A stretch of 64,000 nucleotides of DNA. Source: Myxococcota bacterium (GTDB taxonomy: Bacteria; Myxococcota; XYA12-FULL-58-9; JALHOP01). The position numbers and the translations under genes are program-made. Shown here in pieces: positions 26,401-37,030 of the stretch. Each line of letters begins with the position of its first letter. Within the stretch, counting starts at the first letter, position 1. The stretch spans positions 10,465 through 74,464 of the forward strand of contig JBDHVB010000001.1 in assembly GCA_039809465.1 (NCBI GenBank), read 5' to 3'. Below the pieces are notes generated by a model. It saw only the letters and a program-made list of their open reading frames with translations, was not told the DNA's origin and ran no database searches.

Positions 26401-29400
26401 CGTCGCGACCAAGCGCAGACCGTCGTCGAGCGAGAAGACGCCCGAGAGACAGGCGGCGACGAACTCACCGACGCTGTGACCCACCATCGCGGTGGGCTTC
26501 ACGCCGAAGTCCATCCAGAGCTTCGCGGTCGCGTACTCGATGGTGAAGAGGGCTGATTGGGCGATCGCGGTATCGCGCAGGGTCGCGGCGGCGGCATCCG
26601 CTGAAACGGATGAGGGGGGCCAGATGAGATCGCGCAAGTCCTTGCCGAGGTGGGGCTGGAGCTTGTCCGCGCACTCGTCGACGGCGGCGCGGAAGACGCT
26701 ATAGCGTTCGTAGAGCTTCTTGCCCATGCCGACGGTCTGCGAGCCTTGACCGGGGAACATGAAGACGACGTGCACGGCCTTCGGCGGGACGGTGCGGGTG
26801 ATGACTTTGCGGGGCTCGCCGGATTTGAGGGCGGCGATGGCTTCGTCGCGGGAGGTTGCGACGACGGCGCGGCGCTCGGCGAAGGAGCGGCGGCCGAGGG
26901 CGAGGGTGGTGGCGATGGAGGAGAGGGGGAGATTGTCGTTTGCTAAAGCGGAGAGGAAGCGGTCGGTGAGGGTGCCCAAGGTTTGGGGGTTGCGGGCGGA
27001 GAGGGGGAGGACGTAGGGCCGATCGCCGATGACCGATGGCCGATCGCCGATTGCCGATGACCGATTGCCGAAAGCCGATTGCCGATCGCCGATGACCGGC
27101 GCCTCCTGCATGATGACATGCGCATTCGTCCCCCCAACCCCGAACGAGCTCACTCCCGCCCGCCTGATCCTCTCCCCCCTCGGCCAGCTCTTGGCCTGGG
27201 TGACGACCTGGAACGGGCTCTTCGCGAAATCAATCGCCGGGTTCGGCGTGGTGTAATGCAGCGATGCCGGGATGAGCTGGTGGTGCAGCGCCAGCGCCGT
27301 CTTGATGACGCCAGCGACACCCGCCGCGGCCACGGTGTGGCCAATGTTGCTCTTCACGGAGCCGAGTCCGCAAAAGCCGACATCGCCGGTGTGCTTGCGA
27401 TAAGCCCTGGTGAGGCCTTCGACTTCGATGGGGTCGCCGATCGGCGTCGCGGTGCCATGAGCTTCGACGTAGTCGATGTCGCGGGCGCTGACGCCGGCGT
27501 CCTCGAGCGCCAACGCGATGACGGCGGATTGGCCGCTCGACGAAGGAGCCATGAAGCTCGCCTTGTCACCACCGTCGTTGTTCAACGCGGCGCCGGTGAG
27601 CAGGGCGTAGATGGTGTCGCCGTCGCGCTCGGCATCGGAGAGCCGCTTGAGGACGACCATGCCGCCGCCGTCCGAGAAGACGGTGCCGCTCCCCTGCGCG
27701 TCGAACGAGCGCGTGCTGCCGTCGCGCGACATGATGCCGCCGTCGGCGTACACATGACCCGCCTTCTGGGGCACGATCACCGAGGCGCCGCCCGCGAGCG
27801 CGACATCGCAGCGGCCGAGGTGCAGGCTGTCGATGGCTTGGGCGATGGCGACCAACGAGGTCGAGCAGGCGGTGTGGATGCTGATCGCCGGACCGGTCAG
27901 TGACAGGCGGTGCGCGACGCGCGTGGCGACGTAGTCCTTCTCGCTCGCCACCATGACGTTGAACGCGCCGATGCGCGCTTCGACTTCCGGTCGCTTGAAG
28001 AGATTATTCTGAAAATAAGTGTTGAGGTGGGTTCCGGCGAAGACGCCGACCGCGCCGTCGATGCGCTCCGGTACATGCCCCGCGTGCTCGAGCGCCTCCC
28101 AGGCCAGCTCGAGCAACAAGCGCTGCTGCGGGTCGAGCACCGAGGCCTCACCCGGCGTCACGCCAAAGAACGACGCGTCGAAGCTCTCGACATCCTCGAG
28201 CACGCCACGCGCCGCCACGTAGTCGGCGAGCCCGCGATGCGCCGCCGGCAGCTCCTCGGGCCGGAAGCGCCCAATGGTCTCGACGCCCTGCACGAGGTTC
28301 TTCCAGAGCGCGTCGAGATCTCGAGCACCCGGGTAACGCGCCGCCATCCCCACGATGGCGATGGGCTCCGCGGTGACCTTGCGGCTCTTGACTCTCGCGG
28401 GTGCCGCTGAAGCGGACGACTCCCCCGCCACCGCGCCCGCGAGGCCACGCACCGTGGGCTGCTCGTAGAGCTTGGTCACCGGCACGTCGACGCCCTGCGA
28501 CTCGCGCAGCTCGGCGATGGCGCGCACCGCGAGCAGCGAGTTGCCGCCCAAGTCGAAGAAGTTGTCGTCGCGGCCGACGTTGTCGATCTTGAGGATGTCC
28601 GCCCAGCGCTGCGCAATCGCGGTCTCGACGGGACCTTCGGGAGCGACCCACGGCGTCGCCAAATCCGGCCGCACGCGTGGCGGGTCCGGCAGCGATTTGC
28701 GATCGATCTTGCCGCTCGGCGTCTTGGGCAGCTCGGCCAGCATCACGAAGCTCGTGGGCACCATGTAGACCGGCAGCTTCTTGGTGAGCTGGTCACGCAC
28801 TTGCGCCACGAGCGAGCCGTCGTCGTCGCCGACGATGTACGCCACGAGTCTTCCATCGCGGACAGCGGCCGCGGCCTGACGGACCTTGGGATGCTCGGTG
28901 ACGGCGATCTCGACTTCACCCAGCTCGACTCGATGGCCACGGATCTTCACCTGACCATCGGCGCGGCCCAAGAAGTCGATGTCGCCATCGGGGCGCACCC
29001 GCGCGAGATCACCGGTCTTGTAGAGGCGCTCGCCGTTCACGGTCACGAAGCGCTCGGCGGTGAGCTCGGGGCGGTGCAAGTAACCGCGCGCCAGGTGCGC
29101 GCCGCCCAGATAGAGCTCCCCCACTTCGCCCTCGGGCACGGGCTTTTGCTTCTCGTCGAGGATCGGCGTCGTGACGTTCGGCAAAGCGCGGCCGATCGAC
29201 GGCAGCTTGGGCCACGACGACGGCGCGCCGGTGAGCGTCATCGCGGTCACCACGTGCGTCTCCGACGGGCCGTAGTGATTGGCGAGCGTGCACCCAGGGA
29301 TGGCCTCGAAGAAGCGCACGAGCTGCGGCGTCACCTGGAGCTGCTCACCCGCGGTGATCATCTCGCGCAGCGAGGTCGGCGTGAGCTCGGGGGACGGCGC

Positions 29401-30147
29401 GATCTCCGCGAGCGACTGCATGGCGATGAACGGCATGAAGACGCGCGCGATGCGCTCGTCCTTCATGAAGCGCAGCAAGCGCACCGTGTCGATGCGCAGA
29501 TCCTCGTCGACGAGCATGAGCTCGCCGCCAGCGCACCAGGTGCCGAAGAGCTCCTGGAACGAGACGTCGAAGGCGAGCGGCGAGAACTGCAGCGTGCGCT
29601 CACCAACGCCGATCTTCGAATCGCCGAGCTGCCATTGAATGAGGTTCGCGAGCGGCTTGTGGATCATCGCGACGCCCTTGGGGCGGCCGGTCGATCCCGA
29701 GGTGAAGATGACGTAGGCGAGGTGCGACGGACCCGCGACGATGGGCAAGCGCTCGCGACGCGGCAGTGGCGGATCCTTGTCCATCAGGATCGGATCGCGG
29801 CCCGCGACCAGCTCGGCCGTCAGGCTGTGCGCGACCACGTGCTGCACCCGCGCGTCGTCGAGCATCGCCGCGAGACGCTCGCGCGGATACGCTGGGTCGA
29901 GGGGCACGTAGGCGCCACCAGCCTTCAAGACCCCCAGGACGGCGACAGCCATCTCGAGCGAGCGCGGCAGACAGACCCCGACCACCACGTCGGGCCCCAC
30001 TCCGCGTTCGCGGAGCAACACGGCCAATCCGTTCGCGCGGGCATCGAGCTGGGCATAGCTCAGCGTCGCGCCTTGGAAGGTGGCGGCGGGGCTCTCTGGA
30101 GTACGATCGGCTTGGGATTCGAACCGAGAAATGACTGTCGGGATCAT
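23419..30147 (-). CDS. hybrid NRPS-PKS: A-PCP-KS-AT(malonyl)-ACP-aminotransferase (AMT)
   Basis: A domain (YVIFTSGSTGRPKGV, FDVS, NHYGPSETHV, YKTGDL). PCP (GGNSL). KS (TACSTSLVA, EAHGTATPIGDP, GSVKSNIGH). AT (GHSVGEF, HAFH, so malonyl). ACP (LGVDSL). C-terminal class-III aminotransferase (DEVITGLRMG, TYGKVIGGGMP). Start is ATG 30147, or TTG 30231. Confidence 0.9.
25018..25165. repeat. tandem ~21-nt (heptad PIADGRx) repeats inside the ACP-AMT linker
   Basis: atcggc-based periodic DNA. Protein reads ADGRQPIADGRLPIADGRQPIADSRLPMTDGRSPIADHRSP. Confidence 0.7.
27011..27100. repeat. second copy of the GDR heptad repeat, in the KS-AT linker
   Basis: cgatcgccgatgaccg periodicity. Protein reads VIGDRQSAFGNRSSAIGDRPSVIGDRP. 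Confidence 0.65.
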
Positions 30148-30322
30148 CGGCTTTCGCAAGCGGATTGTCCCTGTACCGACGTCTCCGCGCAACGTTTCGA
30201 ATGTATCAAAATGTGATCCGGGAGGGACCAAGCCAGAGTGGGCTGACAGGCGGCGTGACCCTTGTTACATCCCCGGAGTGACACCGATTCCTCACCCTGC
30301 GCAAGCCGAGCGCGCCCTGCCG

Positions 30323-32344
30323 ATGCTGGCTCGCCGGTTCGTCGTGTTTTCCCTGGCAGGCGTGTCGACCGTAGCCGCGGCCTTGCAGCTCCACGCCCTC
30401 TTCAAAGTCAAAGGAATCACGAACTTAGAGCTGGCGATGCTGGCTCTGTTCACCTTGAGCTTCGCCTGGGTCGTCCTCTCCTTCTGGAGCTCGGTCTTCG
30501 GCTTCTTCCAGCTGATGACCACGCCGCGCCTGCCTGGCTTGGTCCGGGCCGATCGCGCCGTCCCGCGGGCTCCCCTCGTCGGCCGCACCGCCGTGGTCAT
30601 GCCGGTCTACAACGAAGATCCCCTGGCGGTGACCATCAAGCTCCAGGCCATCTACGAGAGCGTCCGCAATAGCGGCACCCTCGAGAGCTTCGACTTCTTC
30701 ATGCTCAGCGACTCGACGCAGCCCGACGCCTGGGTCGCCGAGGAGCTCGCGTGGGCCGCGCTCTGTGACCGCGTCAACGGGCACGGCCGGATCTTCTACC
30801 GCAAGCGCCGCGACAACGTCGGCAAGAAGAGCGGCAACATCGAGTCGTTCTTGAAGCAGTTCGGCAAGAGCTACGCGTACATGCTGGTGCTCGACGCCGA
30901 CAGCATCATGTCGGGCGAGGCGCTCTCGGACCTCGTGCGCCTCATGGACGCAAACCCAGGCGCCGGCATCATCCAAGCCTCGCCCGCGGTCGTGAACCGC
31001 AACACCTGGTTCGCGCGCGTGCAGCAGTTCGCGAGCCGCGTCTACGGTCCGGTGAACTCGGCGGGCCTGTCGTGGTGGCTGTGCTCCGACTCCAACTACT
31101 GGGGCCACAACGCCATCATCCGCACCCAGCCGTTCATGGAGCACTGCGGCCTGCCGGTCCTCTCGGGCGAGCCACCCTTCGGCGGCCACATCTTGAGCCA
31201 CGACTTCGTCGAGGCCGCGCTCATGCGTCGCGCCGGCTTCACCGTCTGGCTCATCCCCGAGATGGGCGGCTCCTACGAGGAGATGCCGCCGAACATCATC
31301 GACTACGCGAAGCGCGATCAGCGCTGGTGCCAGGGCAATCTCCAGCACCTTCGCTTGGTGTTCGCGAGCCGCATGCGCGCCATGAGCCGCATGCACTTCA
31401 TCATGGGCATCATGTCGTACGTGGCCTCGCCGCTGTGGCTGTCGTTCCTCGCGGCGGGCGTGCTCGTCGCCCAGCAGGACAAGACCATCGAGCCGGTCTA
31501 CTTCCCCGCGCACCAGCGCACCCTCTTCCCCGACTGGCCCATCTTCGACGCGTCGACCGCTATCGCGTTGTTCTTCGTGTCGCTGGCCATGCTCTTCATT
31601 CCCAAGCTCTTCGGTCTGATCGTCATCTTGAAGGACAAGGACACGCGGCGGCAGGTCGGTGGCGTCTTCCCCGCCTTCATGAGCTTCGTGGTCGAGAGCA
31701 TCTACTCGGTGCTGCTCGCGCCGACGATGATGCTCTTCCAGACCTTCTTCGTGCTCTCGACGCTGCTCGGCGTGAGCGTGAGCTGGGGCACTCAGAATCG
31801 CGGCGAGGACAGCACGGGGTGGTGGGAGGCCATCCGCACGCATGGCTGGTTCACTCTGGTCGGCGCCGGCTTGGCCTACGTCACGTACATCATCGCGCCG
31901 GTGCTCATCGGCTGGGTCGTGCCGGTGCTCGCGGGCCTCGCGCTCACCGTGCCGATCTCGGTGTTCACCTCGCGCACCTCGTGGGGCCTGTTCGCCAAGC
32001 GCATGAAGCTCTTCCTCATCCCCGAGGAGACCGAGCCGCCGTGGGTCGTCGCCCGCGTCACCGAGCTCACCGAGCAGCTCACCTTGCCGACCCATCCAAC
32101 CGCTGGCCTCGAGCGCGTCATCACCGATCCATTGGCGCACGCCCTGCACCTGTCCGTGGTCACGCAGCACGAGCTCGACGGCGTGGCTCCTCCACCGCTC
32201 GCGACGGACGCGCGCCGCAAAGCCGTCGAGCAAGGCGTCGCGACCCTCACCCCGAAAGAGAAGATGGCGCTCCTTTGGGATCCGACGGCGCTCGCCGATC
32301 TGTTTGGCGGCGTCGACAAGGCCGCGTCAGACGTGGCCACCTGA
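30323..32344 (+). CDS. opgH: glucans biosynthesis glucosyltransferase H (OpgH/MdoH, GT2)
   Basis: VVMPVYNED, LVLDADSIM and QRWCQGNLQH GT2/MdoH motifs. Multiple TM segments. Confidence 0.8.
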   Translation: MLARRFVVFSLAGVSTVAAALQLHALFKVKGITNLELAMLALFTLSFAWVVLSFWSSVFGFFQLMTTPRLPGLVRADRAVPRAPLVGRTAVVMPVYNEDPLAVTIKLQAIYESVRNSGTLESFDFFMLSDSTQPDAWVAEELAWAALCDRVNGHGRIFYRKRRDNVGKKSGNIESFLKQFGKSYAYMLVLDADSIMSGEALSDLVRLMDANPGAGIIQASPAVVNRNTWFARVQQFASRVYGPVNSAGLSWWLCSDSNYWGHNAIIRTQPFMEHCGLPVLSGEPPFGGHILSHDFVEAALMRRAGFTVWLIPEMGGSYEEMPPNIIDYAKRDQRWCQGNLQHLRLVFASRMRAMSRMHFIMGIMSYVASPLWLSFLAAGVLVAQQDKTIEPVYFPAHQRTLFPDWPIFDASTAIALFFVSLAMLFIPKLFGLIVILKDKDTRRQVGGVFPAFMSFVVESIYSVLLAPTMMLFQTFFVLSTLLGVSVSWGTQNRGEDSTGWWEAIRTHGWFTLVGAGLAYVTYIIAPVLIGWVVPVLAGLALTVPISVFTSRTSWGLFAKRMKLFLIPEETEPPWVVARVTELTEQLTLPTHPTAGLERVITDPLAHALHLSVVTQHELDGVAPPPLATDARRKAVEQGVATLTPKEKMALLWDPTALADLFGGVDKAASDVAT

Positions 32345-32392
32345 CGGGGCGACATCTCGATTTGCGTCGAGATCGACGCTCAGAGGTCCGCT

Positions 32393-32785
32393 TTAGCGTG
32401 CAGCGCGGAGCGGCAGCACCGAGCGGAGCACGTCGTCGACGACGGGGAGCATGCGCACGTCTTGCGGCGCCATCGCGCCCAAGGTCAGGGCGGGCAGCAC
32501 CAAGGGCCGCTTGGTGAAGGCGGCGCGCACCTCTTCGGAGACGTCATCGGCGAGGAAGGCATGCGGGAAACGCGTGGCCATCTCGGCGCGAACGAACGCC
32601 ACGCGCGCCGCCGCGAAGCCCGCCGAGCAGGACGCCGAGGCGCCGGTGGCCTTGGCGAGCCAGGCGCTCGCCGCGTCCTGGGCGCGCCGCAGGGGCTCGG
32701 CTTCGCTCGCGAAGCGCTGCGCGAGGGCATCCGCCGCTCCCGCGTCGAAGCCGAAGGATCGAAAGAACGCCGCGACCCGAATCAT
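32393..32785 (-). CDS. hypothetical protein downstream of opgG
   Basis: ORF with a 4-nt overlap to the opgG stop. No motif recognised. Confidence 0.3.
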   Translation of the reverse strand: MIRVAAFFRSFGFDAGAADALAQRFASEAEPLRRAQDAASAWLAKATGASASCSAGFAAARVAFVRAEMATRFPHAFLADDVSEEVRAAFTKRPLVLPALTLGAMAPQDVRMLPVVDDVLRSVLPLRAAR

Positions 32786-34302
32786 GGGCTCCACAGGTAA
32801 CTCCAAGTTTCAGTGAGGCTCTTCTGGCCGTTACGTAGATAGGCGCGCATCTCGACGGGCTGATCGTCCGCCGGCTTGAACTCGAAGAAGGCTCGCCAGC
32901 CGCCCGTCACGTCGTTGCGCTGCGCGACCGGACGGATGACCTGGCCGCTCGAGACCGTGATGATCGGCTCAGCGGACCTGATACCGTCGTCGCCCTTGTC
33001 GGCGGTCGGCATGAAGTCGATGACGAAGCGGCGCGTGCCGGCCTCGGTGCCAGCCGCGATACGCGTCGCGACGGTGTGCTGACCCGACTGCCAGTTCGGC
33101 GGGCCGTCGCCCCACCACAAGCGATACGAGAGCGACATCGGCTCGCCCGGAGCCGGCACCTTGTCGGGCGTCCAGAAGGCGACGATGTTGTCGTGATACT
33201 CCTCGGTCGCCGGGATCTCGACGACCTGCACCGAGCCCCGGCCCCACTTGGAGAGCGGCTCGACCCACAAGCTCGGGCGCTTCTCGTAACGCGACTCGAG
33301 ATCTTCGTAGCTCGTGAAGGCGCGGTCACGCTGCAAGAGACCGAAGCCACGCGGATCCTCGACCGTGAAAGCGGACACACGCAGGCGCGCCGGGTTGGTC
33401 AGCGGACGCCAGATCTGCTCTCCCTGGCCGGTCCACACGAACAGGCCATCGGAGTCGTGCACTTCCGGACGGAAGTCATCGAAGCCCGCGTGATCGTTTT
33501 CACCAAAGAGATACATGCTGGTGAGCGGCGCGATGCCGAGCTTTTCGACATTGCGCCGCGCGAAGAGTGTAGCACTCACTTCCATCGCCGTCGCGTTGCC
33601 GGGGCGGATCACGAAGCGGTAGGCGCCGGTGTAGGACTTGCTGTCGAGCAGCGCGTAGATGACCAGCTCTTTCGCCTGTGGGCCGGGTTTCTCGATCCAG
33701 TACTCACGGAACGAGGGGAACTCCTCGCCCTGCGGCAACGCCGTATCGATCGCGAGACCACGCGCCGACAGACCATAGAGCTGGCCCTTGCCGAGGGCGC
33801 GGAAGTAGCTCGCGCCGAGGAAGACGACGAGCTCGTCCATGTAGTCGGGGGTGTTGAGCTTGTAGTGGACGCGGAAGCCCGCGAAGCCGAGGTCGGACGG
33901 GAGGTTGCCGAGATCGTTCTTGCCGTAGTCGAACATCGAGGTGTTGAAGTCGATGTTCTGGGTGCGGCCGCCGTTCACGACGTGAACGTAGATGGGCTCT
34001 TTGTAGAAGAAGCCCATGTGGAAGAAGTGGAGCTGGAACGGCAGGTTCTCTTTCTTGAAGACCGCCTGCTCGTGACGGAAGCGGATGTCGCGGAACTGAT
34101 CGTAGGTGAGGTTCTGCAGCGAGTCCGGCAGGTTGACTTGAGGGGACTCGTAGCTCTTCTGCGAGAGCGTCTTCGCCTGCTGCTTCAGCCAGTCGAAGCT
34201 GAAGCTCTTGCCGTTACCGCCGAGCGCGCGTGAGCCAGCTTGGACGGGGACCGCGGTGGCCACACAGGAGGCCAAAACCAATGGAATTAGACGTAATGAC
34301 AT
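32782..34302 (-). CDS. opgG: periplasmic glucan biosynthesis protein OpgG/OpgD family
   Basis: Signal peptide MSLRLIPLVLASCVATAVPVQA. MdoG-like core (YRFVIRPG, WVEPLSKWG). Confidence 0.75.
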   Translation of the reverse strand: MSLRLIPLVLASCVATAVPVQAGSRALGGNGKSFSFDWLKQQAKTLSQKSYESPQVNLPDSLQNLTYDQFRDIRFRHEQAVFKKENLPFQLHFFHMGFFYKEPIYVHVVNGGRTQNIDFNTSMFDYGKNDLGNLPSDLGFAGFRVHYKLNTPDYMDELVVFLGASYFRALGKGQLYGLSARGLAIDTALPQGEEFPSFREYWIEKPGPQAKELVIYALLDSKSYTGAYRFVIRPGNATAMEVSATLFARRNVEKLGIAPLTSMYLFGENDHAGFDDFRPEVHDSDGLFVWTGQGEQIWRPLTNPARLRVSAFTVEDPRGFGLLQRDRAFTSYEDLESRYEKRPSLWVEPLSKWGRGSVQVVEIPATEEYHDNIVAFWTPDKVPAPGEPMSLSYRLWWGDGPPNWQSGQHTVATRIAAGTEAGTRRFVIDFMPTADKGDDGIRSAEPIITVSSGQVIRPVAQRNDVTGGWRAFFEFKPADDQPVEMRAYLRNGQKSLTETWSYLWSP

Positions 34303-34440
34303 GGCGATGAAGAGCCGAAGCAATCCGTTGAACCGATCGAGTTTGTTGCGGGTTGGCAGCGAAATGACGAAAAGCGCGGCTGGGTGCAAGGATCTTAATT
34401 CTCGTTAATTTTTGCGTTTTGTTACGGGGACTTGCGTAGG

Positions 34441-34515
34441 GAGGGGGTTGGGTTGGGGTTTTTGGGGCATGGGGAGGGTAAGGCGGTGGGGGCAATGGGC
34501 AAGGTGAAGGGGCGT
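34441..34515 (+). other. G-tract block (9 runs of G3-5) on the + strand, C-rich/G-poor on the minus-strand transcript
   Basis: GAGGGGGTTGGGTTGGGGTTTTTGGGGCATGGGGAGGGTAAGGCGGTGGGGGCAATGGGCAAGGTGAAGGGG immediately 3' of the hisD stop and 5' of opgG, next to an AT-rich stretch 34386-34435. Confidence 0.5.
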
Positions 34516-34532
34516 CACCGATCACCGCTCAA

Positions 34533-35780
34533 CTACCTCCTCTTCTCCGCCGCCCGCGCATGAGCCTCCAACCCCTCGAGCCTCGCCAGCCTCGCCACAT
34601 CATCGATCAACTGCCCCGACGCCCCATCCATCGCAAGCCAGGTGCGCACCCGCAGGAATGTCAGCACCGACAACCCCCCAGTAAAGCGCGCGCTCCCGCC
34701 CGTCGGGAGGACATGATTCGGTCCCACTCCGTAATCACCAAAGACCTCCGCCGCGGCGCTACCAATGAACAGCGCGCCATAGGCATTGAGCTTCCCGCGC
34801 AGCCCATCGATATCGCGCACCTGAAGCTCCAAATGCTCAGGAGCAAGCACATCGGACGCCGCTGCCGCCTCGTCGAAATCACGCGCCAAAACACAAAAGC
34901 CGTTCTTCAGCGCCGCCGATGCCGTCGCCCGGGTGGGAAGCGTCGCAAGCTGCCTCTCCAAAGCCTGGTCGACCGCGTCGGCAAGCTCGACGCTCGTGGT
35001 GATGAGCACCGGCAGCGCGTCGTCGTCGTGCTCGGCTTGCGCGAGCAAGTCGGCGGCGATGATCTCCGCCTTGGCGCTATCGTCGGCGATGACCACGAGC
35101 TCCGAGGGGCCAGCGAGCATGTCGATGGCCACGACGCCCGCGACGAGCTGCTTCGCGGCGGTGACCCAGCGGTTGCCGGGGCCGGCAATGACGTCGCGCG
35201 GCGCGATGAGCCCCGCGCCGTACGTGAACGTAGCAATGGCCTGAGCTCCGCCGACCGCGAGCAACGCGTCCGCTCGAGCGACCGCGGCGGCGGCGAGCGT
35301 CACTTGCGTGGGCTTCGGCGAGGCGACGATGACGTCGGTGACGCCCGCGACGCGCGCGGTGACGGCGGTCATCAGTACCGAGGACGGGAGCGGGAAGCGG
35401 CCGCCGGGCGCGTAACAGCCGGCCGCGCGCATCGGGCGCACCTCGTGACCGGCCTTGCCGCCATCGACCGGCATCTCGACAGCGGTGAGCGACCGCTTCT
35501 GCAGCTCTGCGAAGCGTTGGATGCGCTCCGCGGTCCGCTCGAGCGTTGCGCGGTCGTCCTTTGGCAAGCTCGCCAAGGCGGCGGCGAGCGCATCGGGCCC
35601 GATGAGCAAGGGCTCACCCGCCTTCACGTCGCCCAAGCGCTCAGCGTGCTTGCGGACCGCGGCTTCTCCGCCGGAGCGGACATCGGCGAGGATGGCGGCG
35701 GCCCCGGCGCGGGTCGGCTCGTCGATGGGGTCGAAGCGGGTGCGGGCGATGTCGGCGGCGGCGATGCGGCGGAGAGTCAT
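34533..35780 (-). CDS. hisD: histidinol dehydrogenase
   Basis: Full-length HisD homology (GPSELVVIADDSA, AEHDDDA, GPNHVLPTGG). Confidence 0.85.
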   Translation of the reverse strand: MTLRRIAAADIARTRFDPIDEPTRAGAAAILADVRSGGEAAVRKHAERLGDVKAGEPLLIGPDALAAALASLPKDDRATLERTAERIQRFAELQKRSLTAVEMPVDGGKAGHEVRPMRAAGCYAPGGRFPLPSSVLMTAVTARVAGVTDVIVASPKPTQVTLAAAAVARADALLAVGGAQAIATFTYGAGLIAPRDVIAGPGNRWVTAAKQLVAGVVAIDMLAGPSELVVIADDSAKAEIIAADLLAQAEHDDDALPVLITTSVELADAVDQALERQLATLPTRATASAALKNGFCVLARDFDEAAAASDVLAPEHLELQVRDIDGLRGKLNAYGALFIGSAAAEVFGDYGVGPNHVLPTGGSARFTGGLSVLTFLRVRTWLAMDGASGQLIDDVARLARLEGLEAHARAAEKRR

Positions 35781-37030
35781 TTCTTGTTTCCAGGTCGGCG
35801 CGTGACCTTCAGGGCGCGCTGGTCGAGCACGCGCGCGACGTCGGCGAGGCTCACGCCCTCACGCGCCATGCGAACGAGCGTGAAGTAGAGGACGTCGGCG
35901 GCTTCGTGGGCCACCTCACTCGGCGTCGTGGCGCCCGCGAGCTCCCCTGCTTCCTCGGTGAGCTTCGCGGCGAGCAGCGACGGATCGTCGAAGAGCCGCT
36001 TGGTGTACGAGCCCGCGGGGGCGGTGCGCATGCGCTCGGCGATGAGCTTCGCGGTGGCGGCGATGCCGGTGGTGTTGCCCCAGCAGGTGTCGGTGGCGAG
36101 ATGGCAATAACCGGGAGGAGCCTGCGTGACGGTGAAGCGCAGCGCGTCGGCATCGCAATCGACGTCGACCGCGAGCAGCTTCTGGGTCGCGCCCGAGCTC
36201 TCGCCCTTCACCCACAAGCCGCGCTTGCGCGAATGATAGGCGCCGACCCCGCGCTCGAGCGCGGCCGAGAGGCTCTCCTTGTCGGAGTAAGCAAGGCCCA
36301 GCGCCTGTCCAAGCGCGTCGACGACCACGGTCGGCCACAGCCCGTCGGCACGATCCGACGTCATGAGCGCGGCCAGCGCGTCCGCTAAAGTAAACCGGCC
36401 GGTGTAGAGCGCCATGCCGACCTGCGCATCGGCGCCAATGCGGTGCAGCTCGGCGACGTCCTCGGGCGTGGTCACGCCGCCCGCGATGGTGAGGCGTGCG
36501 TGACCCGCGGCCTTCACCAGCTCGGCGACCTCGCCCATGTTGGTGCCCTGCATGCGCCCTTCGCGCTCGACGAAGGTCACGAGGAAGCCGCTCACGTAGT
36601 CACGCAGCTCGAGCATGCGCTCGGCGATGCCGCGGCCCGTGCCCTGCACCCAGCCGTGGGTGACGACCTCGCCGTGCTTGGCGTCGAGCGCCGCGATGAC
36701 GCGCTCCTTCGGCAGCTCCGCGAGGATCTCGGGCTTCGCGGCGGTGCCGAGCACGACCTTCACCGCGCCGGCATCGAGCCACTCGACGGCGGTCTTCACG
36801 TCGCGGATGCCGCCCCCCACCCGGCAGCGCGCGAGCGGCAGCAGGTCACGGATCAACGCGGCGTTCGAGCCGGTGCCGAGCGCGGCGTCGAGGTCGACGA
36901 CGGCGATCTCACCGACGCGGCCGAACTTCTCGGCGATGGGGCGAGGATCACCGGCGTCGAGCGCCTTCTTCTCGCCGCCGACGAGCTGAACCGTCGAGCC
37001 CCCCTGCAAGTCGATGGACGGAATGATCAC
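35777..37030 (-). CDS. hisA-hisIE: fused ProFAR isomerase (HisA) and PR-AMP cyclohydrolase/PR-ATP pyrophosphatase (HisIE)
   Basis: N-terminal [11 protein letters not shown] HisA barrel. C-terminal VDVDCDADALRF...CHLATDTCWG (HisI). EAADVLYFTLVRMAREGVSLADV (HisE). Confidence 0.8.
   Translation of the reverse strand: MIIPSIDLQGGSTVQLVGGEKKALDAGDPRPIAEKFGRVGEIAVVDLDAALGTGSNAALIRDLLPLARCRVGGGIRDVKTAVEWLDAGAVKVVLGTAAKPEILAELPKERVIAALDAKHGEVVTHGWVQGTGRGIAERMLELRDYVSGFLVTFVEREGRMQGTNMGEVAELVKAAGHARLTIAGGVTTPEDVAELHRIGADAQVGMALYTGRFTLADALAALMTSDRADGLWPTVVVDALGQALGLAYSDKESLSAALERGVGAYHSRKRGLWVKGESSGATQKLLAVDVDCDADALRFTVTQAPPGYCHLATDTCWGNTTGIAATAKLIAERMRTAPAGSYTKRLFDDPSLLAAKLTEEAGELAGATTPSEVAHEAADVLYFTLVRMAREGVSLADVARVLDQRALKVTRRPGNKK

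Noticed and set aside
28801-30216. 471-aa plus-strand ORF inside the hybrid NRPS-PKS A domain
   Set aside because: Antisense. The minus frame has the complete A-domain core motifs.
30425-32233. 602-aa minus-strand ORF across opgH
   Set aside because: The sense strand encodes clear GT2/MdoH motifs. The antisense product is R/E/G low complexity.
33076-35888. 385-aa and 442-aa plus-strand ORFs antisense to opgG and hisD
   Set aside because: They conflict with high-confidence genes. Composition bias only.
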